DNA from: Clostridiales bacterium
Lineage (GTDB): Bacteria; Bacillota; Clostridia; Saccharofermentanales; Saccharofermentanaceae
Direction: 5' to 3'
NCBI GenBank assembly: GCA_017964005.1
Contig: JAGCSR010000054.1
Location: forward strand, 172 to 64,171
Length of the DNA stretch: 64,000 nt
Made by a program: the position numbers and the translations under genes
Notes under the pieces: generated by a model
What the model was told of the DNA's origin: nothing
Seen by the model: the letters and a program-made list of their open reading frames with translations, nothing else
Databases searched by the model: none
Part shown: piece after piece, positions 56,430 to 64,000 of the stretch
How positions within the stretch are numbered: position 1 is the first letter of the stretch
Layout of the letters: the number at the start of each line of letters is the position of its first letter

Positions 56430-57965
56430 ATGGAAGATCGTAAAAGGTTCAGTATGAGGATAGCGATAACATCCGTCTTTTTTATCGGAGTTATCGTTCT
56501 GGCGATCATTCTCTTCATAAAGGGAAAACCTTCAAGCCTGCCTTTAACCAGTACGATAAATATCACTGCGGATCTGTTCTGTATGGTCCTGGGCTATGTG
56601 CTTTTCGCGTGCTGTTCGATAGATCCTCGCGAGGATAACAGGAATCTTTATTGTTTCCTGTTCCTATTGTTTGCGGATGTCGTAGCGGCTTTCACCGATG
56701 AATGCGCGTGGCTTGTTGACGGCAAGGCAGATCTTACGTTCTGGAACTGGACAGTCAATACCGTTTACTACATGACGGCGCCGTGCATGGCGTTCCTGTT
56801 TTGGTGTTATGTTGTCTCATATCCCGGGATCGAGCATAAGTACATCAAGACCGCCAAGGTGTGCCTTGCTGCAGGTCTCGGTCTTGCGATCGGGATGAGA
56901 TTATTGAACCTCCTCAACGGCATGTATTTTACGGTCACGGACGGAGTGTACAGCAGAGGCCCTGTCTATATGCTGTCGAATCTGTATTCGTATGTAACGA
57001 TACTGCTTGCGCTGGTATTCATAATCTGCGTGAGAAAGAGGCTCCATAAATATCAGATCGTTACTTTGTTTACTTATGCGGTATTTCCCCTTGCCGTAGG
57101 TGTGCTGACGAACGTATTCTACGGACTTTCTATATCCAGCGCGATCATTATGATGGTGCTGCTGTTTATGTACTGTGTTCTCAATGTCGTAAAGAACCGT
57201 GAGAGATATCTTACCTCCAAGGAACTCGAGATGGCAACGACCATTCAGGAGACGATGCTGCCGAGTATATTCCCGCCTTATCCGGACAGGAAGGAATTCG
57301 ATATCTATGCTTCGATGACTCCGGCCCGGGAGGTCGGAGGCGACTTCTATGATTTCTTCCTTATCGATGACGACCATCTTGCGCTGGTCATGGCGGATGT
57401 ATCCGGTAAAGGAGTTCCTGCGGCTCTCTTCATGATGGTCGCAAAATCGGTCCTGAAGAACCAGATAATGAGTAACCCCGGTGATGTAGCCGCATCTATG
57501 CGCAAGGTCAATAAAGAGATCTGCGACGGCAATGATCTCGATATGTTCGTTACCGTCTGGGCGGGCGTCCTGACTTTGTCTTCAGGAGAACTCCGTTACT
57601 GCAACGCAGGTCACGAATCCGCTGCCCATAAGACGGGTGACGGCGGGTTCAAACTCCTTGACGAACATCATTACCTGCCGATGGGTGCATTTGAGAATAC
57701 GCCCTATAGGGAATCAAAGATATTCTTGAACAAGAACGATAAACTGTTCTTATATACCGACGGCGTTACTGAGGCTGAAGACCGCCATCAGAAGAGATTC
57801 GGCAAAGAACTACTCATCAAGGCTTTGGATAAGTCAATGGGATCCGTCAAACAGATCGATGTGACGGTAAGGGATGCTATCTCAGAGTTTTCCGACGGAG
57901 CTGACCAGTTTGACGACATCACTATGCTGACCGTTGAATACAGGGGAGCATCCAAGCATATCTGA
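56430..57965 (+). CDS. Membrane-bound PP2C/SpoIIE-type (RsbU-like) phosphatase
   Basis: VGGDFYD, ADVSGKG, MFVT, NAGH, YTDGVTE, DDITML; multiple N-terminal TMs. Confidence 0.9.
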   Translation: MEDRKRFSMRIAITSVFFIGVIVLAIILFIKGKPSSLPLTSTINITADLFCMVLGYVLFACCSIDPREDNRNLYCFLFLLFADVVAAFTDECAWLVDGKADLTFWNWTVNTVYYMTAPCMAFLFWCYVVSYPGIEHKYIKTAKVCLAAGLGLAIGMRLLNLLNGMYFTVTDGVYSRGPVYMLSNLYSYVTILLALVFIICVRKRLHKYQIVTLFTYAVFPLAVGVLTNVFYGLSISSAIIMMVLLFMYCVLNVVKNRERYLTSKELEMATTIQETMLPSIFPPYPDRKEFDIYASMTPAREVGGDFYDFFLIDDDHLALVMADVSGKGVPAALFMMVAKSVLKNQIMSNPGDVAASMRKVNKEICDGNDLDMFVTVWAGVLTLSSGELRYCNAGHESAAHKTGDGGFKLLDEHHYLPMGAFENTPYRESKIFLNKNDKLFLYTDGVTEAEDRHQKRFGKELLIKALDKSMGSVKQIDVTVRDAISEFSDGADQFDDITMLTVEYRGASKHI

Positions 57966-58182
57966 TTAGTTTTAAGGCCAAAGATCTCATCTAAGATATC
58001 AAGACCGTAATTTCCTTCATGAAGAGGGGAAGCTGCTACTCGAAAACACCACAGGTGACGTAGTTTCCATAGAAGAAGCAGGGGGCTAAGGGGATACCCT
58101 GTATATAGGAGGAGCGATGATCCTCATTGGTCTTGCGATGTATTAATGACCTGCATCCCGGATGCGGTCCTGTCGTAACGGA

Positions 58183-58983
58183 TCAAAGGAAGAAGGCTGT
58201 TAACCGTTCCCTGTAATCTTCCGCCGTATCGAAAGAAGCATGCCCCAATCCTTTATACATATGGATCCCGGCATCGCAGTTTACCGATACGAACGAATAA
58301 ATCTCGCGCGATCCTTCGGGACCTACAACCTCATCGTCTTCCGATCCTAAGATCAGAACCGGACATCGGATGGCAGTTATCTCATCCCTGATATCAAACC
58401 CCTCTGTTCCTTCGGCACAGGTTACGAACCGTTCAAACTCGGAATCCGTTACGCTCTTGCCGGTGCTTATAAGAAAGTCCGTAAGGGATTCCGTGACAGC
58501 AGGAGGATAGAGCTTCTTTGCAAAGCTCATGAACAGTTCAGGTCCTTTATGTTCTCTTGCAAGTTCAGTCCATTCTCCGATCGCGGGGTGCTCTTCAGCA
58601 GCGAAGGCAGGACAGGTAGATCCCAGTGCGAGCCGGCATACCAGTTCCGGATATCTTGCGGCGATAACGAGAGCCATCATTCCTCCCTGTGACGCACCGA
58701 AAAGATAAGTCCCCGACAGACCTTCTTCCGCCATGACTTTGGCAGTGTCTTCTGCCATCTCCTCAACGGTATATCTGTCAGGCATATTCTCTCTTCTGTC
58801 GAACAGATATATGGTGAAGTCTTCTGTCATCGATTTATACTGATTTGCTATCGCGTCGGCAGACTCAAGGACGCTCTTGACCGACAGACCCGGGAGGATT
58901 ACCATCGACTTATCTCCCGAACCGAATTTCATATATTTCATTGTTATTCCTGAAGTCTTTACTGTCTTGATCTCGTAATTCAT
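58183..58983 (-). CDS. Alpha/beta hydrolase
   Basis: GASQGG nucleophile elbow, GSEDDEV, GH. Confidence 0.85.
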   Translation of the reverse strand: MNYEIKTVKTSGITMKYMKFGSGDKSMVILPGLSVKSVLESADAIANQYKSMTEDFTIYLFDRRENMPDRYTVEEMAEDTAKVMAEEGLSGTYLFGASQGGMMALVIAARYPELVCRLALGSTCPAFAAEEHPAIGEWTELAREHKGPELFMSFAKKLYPPAVTESLTDFLISTGKSVTDSEFERFVTCAEGTEGFDIRDEITAIRCPVLILGSEDDEVVGPEGSREIYSFVSVNCDAGIHMYKGLGHASFDTAEDYRERLTAFFL

Positions 58984-59038
58984 TGTAATGATATCCTTTT
59001 CGAATATATTGATATGCATCTATATCTAAGATGCAGGT

Positions 59039-59893
59039 TTACTCGGTTTTTATCGCCGGTTCTGTCTGAGGTTTATTTTCCTTCCTGCGAAGGAACGGCA
59101 GGAACAAAAGCATGATCAGGATCCAGGCCAAAACGAGTCTTATCAGAAGATACAAAAGCCACTGCCATTTCTCAGTCAGAACAAGTCCCAGAGGGTTAAC
59201 ATATGATGACAGGAAATTTATCCTGTGAGTTACGCCTACGAGCTGGTCATCGTGATACATCCTGCTGGAGAATACCGAGTTGAGATAGAAGGACGGAATG
59301 TCCAGCACGATGATGGTAAAGACAGCGGACTTCCAGTCTGAGAACCGCAATCTGCTTTCCTTACAATATCCGATATAGATGCTCAGGAAAATGATCATGG
59401 AATGGTAGAGGAAATACTGCCATACTCTGGGAGATGTAAGGTATTCGGACTGATCCTTAACATAGGATGTCATGGTAGCCATGACAACGCCGAGGAGACC
59501 ACCGATTATACCCGTCGGATACATCAGAGCATGGATCATGCGCTTTACCCTTTCCTGTCTGACAATAAAGCATGCCAGCATGAACACGATCTGAAGACTG
59601 CAGAGTTCCAGCGGAAGATGTTCCATTCCCATCATGGGAGTATATTCTCCGGTCGGAACATACGCGATCTCATATACGCCTCCGTTATTTACGATCTCCT
59701 GATTTACGAGAGGGACAATATCCATTACCGAATAGATCTTAATGACTTCCGATACGAGTCCTAAGACGAAGCATACATTGATGACCTTATCAAGGGAAGG
59801 TTTATTGCGCATCGTTATGAAGAGAGCAACGCCGATGAGTACGAAGGATACGGTTATCCAGATAACATGACCTGTAGAGAACATGACAGGCAC
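59039..59893 (-). CDS. YwaF/TMEM164-like integral membrane protein
   Basis: LPLELCS, YH, NFL motifs; multi-TM. Confidence 0.7.
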   Translation of the reverse strand: MPVMFSTGHVIWITVSFVLIGVALFITMRNKPSLDKVINVCFVLGLVSEVIKIYSVMDIVPLVNQEIVNNGGVYEIAYVPTGEYTPMMGMEHLPLELCSLQIVFMLACFIVRQERVKRMIHALMYPTGIIGGLLGVVMATMTSYVKDQSEYLTSPRVWQYFLYHSMIIFLSIYIGYCKESRLRFSDWKSAVFTIIVLDIPSFYLNSVFSSRMYHDDQLVGVTHRINFLSSYVNPLGLVLTEKWQWLLYLLIRLVLAWILIMLLFLPFLRRKENKPQTEPAIKTE

Positions 59894-59953
59894 CTCCCAT
59901 CGAAGATTTATGAGTACATTATAACCGAGATGGAATTATAGAAGAAGATAGAA

Positions 59954-60985
59954 TCAAGGTATAAATGATCTGCGCAGCGCGTTGAAGAACAGGAACATCA
60001 CGATCATGATAAATACTGCCAATGCGGCAAAGATGGTCTTAAACAGATACTGAAGGATAAGATTCTTATCTTTAACAAAAGGCAGGATATCATAGATCCC
60101 GGTCCAGGAAGTATATATGTCGAGCGGGACGATAAAATAGAAGAATGCGAAGATCTTTCCCTCGATATTGTCGGCGATCGTACCATTCTCGTAAGTTACA
60201 CTTAGTATCATGTAAAGGGCAAACGGGTAGATAAGCAGAGCCAAAGCGATCTTCCACCATTTGCGCGTCCGAAATCCCGGAGGCGGGAACAACGGTTTCA
60301 ATTTAAGTTCAGGACTGATGCGCCCTGTCAACGCATCAGTAAGTTCACGTACGCTCTCATATCGGTCGGAAGGATCGAAGCTGGAAGCTTTGGCTGCGAT
60401 CCGTTGTATCTTTTTGTTATCCGGAAAAGCATCTGCCAACATTTTCCCGACAGCATAGATGTCACTTCTCGGATCTGACTGCATGAATCCGTACTGTTCC
60501 GGTGCGGCGATACCGTCTGTCCCGAGAGTTGTAGTGTCTCCATCCTGCCCGGGTTTATATATTTTGGCGGAATCATAGTCTATTATCTTTACTTCACCTT
60601 TGTCGGTGACCATGATATTGGAAGGCTTCAGATCCCTGTGTATTATGGGCGTATCAGCTTTATGAAGATGTTCGAGTCCTTCAAGGAGTTCGAGAAAGAG
60701 CCTTAATTTATCGTTATCCTTCAATGTCCTGTCGTTGATCACCACATCGAAAGTATTCCCTTCGATTACTTCCTCAATGACGATAAGGTTACCATCGCTA
60801 TCCTTGGCATATCCGGTGATCTCCGGAATATGATCATTGCTGTTGGCAGCTAAATATTCGTATACGCTCTCCTCGTAGTGAGAAAGTTTCTTCATCATAC
60901 GAACATCGCCAGTCACTTCATTTATGACCAGGCTTCTTTTATCATCGTAGTGATATAATTCTTTGTAATGTGACAGATCGAGCAT
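59954..60985 (-). CDS. Ser/Thr protein kinase with C-terminal TMs
   Basis: HRDLKPSN, IIDYD, GT..IAAPEQYG, SDIYAVG. Confidence 0.88.
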   Translation of the reverse strand: MLDLSHYKELYHYDDKRSLVINEVTGDVRMMKKLSHYEESVYEYLAANSNDHIPEITGYAKDSDGNLIVIEEVIEGNTFDVVINDRTLKDNDKLRLFLELLEGLEHLHKADTPIIHRDLKPSNIMVTDKGEVKIIDYDSAKIYKPGQDGDTTTLGTDGIAAPEQYGFMQSDPRSDIYAVGKMLADAFPDNKKIQRIAAKASSFDPSDRYESVRELTDALTGRISPELKLKPLFPPPGFRTRKWWKIALALLIYPFALYMILSVTYENGTIADNIEGKIFAFFYFIVPLDIYTSWTGIYDILPFVKDKNLILQYLFKTIFAALAVFIMIVMFLFFNALRRSFIP

Positions 60986-61015
60986 ACGATAATTATATAG
61001 CATAAAGAGGTTCAT

Positions 61016-61444
61016 ATGACTGATAATACAAACGACTTGATGGCAAAACTTAAGACAACAGACGATACAGCAGAACTGGATAGGTATCTAGAACAGATAC
61101 GGGACAGATACCCGAAGGACTTAAGTTCATATATTAAGACGATTTTAGAAGAGAAGGGCATGTCAATTGCAGATATGCAGAAGAAGAGCGGAATTGACCG
61201 CACATACATATATCAGATAATGGACGGAAGGAAGAATCCGGGCAGGGACAAGATAATCGCCATGGCTGTTGCCTGCAGGATGACTCTGCCCGAATGTCAG
61301 CGCGCGCTTGAGATTGCCCAAGAAGGGATCTTATATCCCAAGGGCCGCCGTGACAGCGTGATTATCTATGCCGTCTGCAATAAGATGAACGTCATGGAAC
61401 TCAACGGACTTCTCGAAGAATACAAGCTCCCGCCTCTGGAGTAA
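61016..61444 (+). CDS. XRE-family HTH protein
   Basis: SIADMQKKSGIDRTYIYQIMDGRKNPGRD, LYPK.RRD. Confidence 0.8.
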   Translation: MTDNTNDLMAKLKTTDDTAELDRYLEQIRDRYPKDLSSYIKTILEEKGMSIADMQKKSGIDRTYIYQIMDGRKNPGRDKIIAMAVACRMTLPECQRALEIAQEGILYPKGRRDSVIIYAVCNKMNVMELNGLLEEYKLPPLE

Positions 61445-61546
61445 CCCACATCTCCCAAACATAAAGAGGAAGATGTATGCCGCCGGCATACCCGACCTGT
61501 GCGCTCCGATGATAGAATCGGGACAAGCTGATTCGAGGATTCGGTA

Positions 61547-61978
61547 ATGCGTGGTAAGGATAAAAAGATTGCCGTAAGTGTGATAAGTATTTGTCTTCCG
61601 CTGATATCCGGATTATTTATCTATTTAACGTCCGGAGGCGGAAACTACCTGACGGATTGCATCAGTCTTACGGGTCTTGTCTTTCCGCGCATCACTTATC
61701 CCGGTTTGGTTCGCAACTACGCATGTGATTTCCTTTGGAGTTATTCGCTCTTCTCGGCATTGGAATTAGCGATATCCGAAGGCAAACCCAAGATACGGGC
61801 AGCCGTGGCAGTATCCTTTGTCACAATGATCCTGCTGGAAACTTTGCAGCAGATCCCGCAATTTCCGGGGACATTTGATGTTTGGGATATTGCAGTAGAA
61901 ACTGCGGCCATTGCCATAGCAGCAGTTGTGACTATAACTTTGAACAGGAGGTTTAAGTATGAAGAGAAGGTTAATTAG
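61547..61978 (+). CDS. Hypothetical membrane protein
   Basis: About 4 TMs; DFLWSY, E..Q, GTFD..D motifs. Confidence 0.6.
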   Translation: MRGKDKKIAVSVISICLPLISGLFIYLTSGGGNYLTDCISLTGLVFPRITYPGLVRNYACDFLWSYSLFSALELAISEGKPKIRAAVAVSFVTMILLETLQQIPQFPGTFDVWDIAVETAAIAIAAVVTITLNRRFKYEEKVN

Positions 61979-62870
61979 AACAGGGGTCACCAGCGCCCTG
62001 ATCCTGGCATTTGCGTTCATGTCGATCGCAAGCGGATCGTCTTCTTCTGACAGCACCAAGAAGATCGATGGAGGATCCGATGACAATGGAAAACAGTCTG
62101 AGGTAACTGCAGATAACGAAAAGGGTAATCTTACTATCGAAGAACAGGTCCTTGTAGATCAGGATGATGTTAAGATAACTGCCAAGAGCATAGATGAAGA
62201 TGGCTTTTGGGGCGTCGGAGTCAAGCTTCTGATCGAGAATAATTCCAAAAAGGATTACGGAATCGCCTGTGATGCTCTAATGGTAAATAATTACATGATC
62301 TCGGATCTGTTCTCGTCATCTGTAACAGCAGGAATGAAAGCGAACGAGACAATGTATCTGTCTTCATCTCAACTTAGTGCTGCAGGTATAGAGAAGATCG
62401 GACAGATAGAGATCGATTTCAGGGTGTATGATAACGAGTCCTACGAAACGGTCATTGATCCTGATATAGTTACCATCAAGACATCACTATACGATCAAAT
62501 GGATACTACTCCCAATGATGCCGGTAAGGAATTATATAATTCCAACGGGATCAAGATCGTTGGCAAATATGTTGATGAGGACAGCTTCTGGGGAGCCGGA
62601 ATCCTGCTTTATATCGAAAACAATACAAAAGATTCGATTACCATATCCTGCGAAAGTATCTCTGTTAACGGTTTTATGCTTACAGGATATCTGTCAGCAA
62701 CAGTTTATCCCGGGAAGATGTCCATAGACGACATTACCCTGCTGTCATCTGAGCTGGAGGAGAATGATATTTCATCTATTGATGAGGTATCCCTGTCGTT
62801 CCATATCTTTAATTCGGATTCGTACGATACGATAGTTGATACGGATCAGATTACATTCAGTACTAAATGA
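61959..62870 (+). CDS. Exported hypothetical protein with two repeated beta-rich domains
   Basis: Signal-like N-terminus; DEDGFWGVGVKLLIENN repeated as DEDSFWGAGILLYIENN. Confidence 0.7.
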   Translation: MKRRLIRTGVTSALILAFAFMSIASGSSSSDSTKKIDGGSDDNGKQSEVTADNEKGNLTIEEQVLVDQDDVKITAKSIDEDGFWGVGVKLLIENNSKKDYGIACDALMVNNYMISDLFSSSVTAGMKANETMYLSSSQLSAAGIEKIGQIEIDFRVYDNESYETVIDPDIVTIKTSLYDQMDTTPNDAGKELYNSNGIKIVGKYVDEDSFWGAGILLYIENNTKDSITISCESISVNGFMLTGYLSATVYPGKMSIDDITLLSSELEENDISSIDEVSLSFHIFNSDSYDTIVDTDQITFSTK

Positions 62871-62898
62871 TCTTTGAAGTGTTTTTGGAGGTTATCAT

Positions 62899-63264
62899 AT
62901 GTCAATATGGAAATTGGTATCCGGTATCCTTTGCATAATTATCTCCGGAGTTGTAACTTTCCAATCATTTGCGGCAGGTCTTTATAATGTACTTGACGGC
63001 AATGACGAGATCTCCGGAACAGCAGGTCTGATCGTTGCAACGTTTCTTCTTACCGGAGGAATCGTATCTATAGTGATACATAAGGCAAAGGGCATAGGCG
63101 GAGATATTGCACTGATAGTGATATTTTCATTGGCTGCTCTTTTCGGGTTTGTTCTTCATGGTAACTATAGTGATCTGATCGTCTGGTCTTTTTGGTGTCT
63201 GATCTGTTCAACTCTTGCAATCGTATCATTAATAATCAAGGCTTGCAGGAAAAGAGCTGATTAA
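62899..63264 (+). CDS. Hypothetical 4-TM membrane protein
   Basis: GGAGG RBS, hydrophobic ORF. Confidence 0.7.
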   Translation: MSIWKLVSGILCIIISGVVTFQSFAAGLYNVLDGNDEISGTAGLIVATFLLTGGIVSIVIHKAKGIGGDIALIVIFSLAALFGFVLHGNYSDLIVWSFWCLICSTLAIVSLIIKACRKRAD

Positions 63265-63376
63265 TAACTGATCAACAGTTTCCACTTGTTTTCGCCCCCT
63301 CCGCCGGATGTTGACGGAGGGGGTGTTGTGATATACTGTGTTCGAGGTAAATCTATAATTATCCAGGGGGATCTGT

Positions 63377-63832
63377 ATGAAACTATCTATCAGAGGCGCT
63401 TTCTTTATTCTTGCCAACATTATCTCCGCGATCGCAGTCGTTATTCCTTATTACATCTTCTCCATCAAGGGGCACTCAACCCAGACGGCTTCCATGAGCC
63501 TTCTTTACAACGGAGACATGTGGTACTGGTATGGGATACTCTTGCTGGTTGCGGATGTTGCGGCTATCGTAATGACATTGATCGGGTTTAAGAAACCTCT
63601 TGCTATCGTTGCTTTGGCTAATGTTGCCACATCAATCTATGCGGTCATCTATACCAATCTTTCCAAGATCGGAACCGAAGCTTCCATGAGAGTTGTGTTC
63701 AAGTTCACGGGCGAACTTACCGGAAGCAAGACAGATATGGTCGTCAAGAACGGTCCCGGATTTTATCTTATCATCCTTGCCATGATCCTCATTCTGATCA
63801 CAGGATTATGGGCTGCATTTGAACGGGATTAA
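63377..63832 (+). CDS. Hypothetical membrane protein
   Basis: Hydrophobic ORF, TATAAT and G-rich RBS upstream. Confidence 0.65.
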   Translation: MKLSIRGAFFILANIISAIAVVIPYYIFSIKGHSTQTASMSLLYNGDMWYWYGILLLVADVAAIVMTLIGFKKPLAIVALANVATSIYAVIYTNLSKIGTEASMRVVFKFTGELTGSKTDMVVKNGPGFYLIILAMILILITGLWAAFERD

Positions 63833-63881
63833 TGTGCTATAATCTCCTTATTGAAATTCGATTCCTATAGGAGGTTTTACT

Positions 63882-64000
63882 ATGTTGGAAGTACGTCCCG
63901 ATAATATGGTCAGGATCACGACTCCCGAGCTTGCAGATGCCTATATCGAAGAGCGCATCAAGATGCTTCAGGATCAGGTCGGTGACAAGAAGGTCCTGCT
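63882..64000 (+). CDS. guaA: GMP synthase ATP-pyrophosphatase subunit, 5' partial
   Basis: GGAGG RBS; MLEVRPDNMVRITTPELADAYIEERIKMLQDQVGDKKVL resembles the segment just before the SGGVDS motif; truncated by the window. Confidence 0.6.
   Translation, partial: MLEVRPDNMVRITTPELADAYIEERIKMLQDQVGDKKVL

Noticed and set aside
36413-63832. tRNA-Arg-anchored integrative island or prophage
   Set aside because: No integrase, no duplicated tRNA 3' end seen, no phage or conjugation genes

Overview
Bacterial chromosomal window, probably from an anaerobic Clostridia-class (gut/rumen-type) Firmicute, inferred from the T-box, LexA-like boxes, ECF-RibU and gene content. Housekeeping blocks (FkbH-ACP-MBOAT-thrH, PPK2, Maf, ttdAB, ribU with FMN riboswitch, glmU-pth-mfd, tRNA-Arg(CCG), start of a GMP synthase ATPase subunit) alternate with accessory genes. 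Top candidate for an undescribed system: a stand-alone 410-aa reverse transcriptase (45298-46530; YSDD, atypical GIMAG motif; no retron, intron, DGR or CRISPR hallmarks). It is preceded by a densely structured ~190-nt putative ncRNA and its stop codon overlaps the start of a GNAT-DUF4298 gene. Other notable items: (1) a likely Ile T-box controlling an XRE-cupin-acyl-CoA synthetase; (2) a Cya2-like guanylate cyclase paired with a tandem cNMP-binding protein; (3) a microhomology-joined duplication of the thrH-Nudix interval; (4) covarying 25-bp palindromes inside and upstream of an ORF6N gene; (5) BlaI operators that make a DUF2079 gene the target of a sensor-less BlaR/BlaI pair. All calls come from reading motifs by eye; no database search was run.
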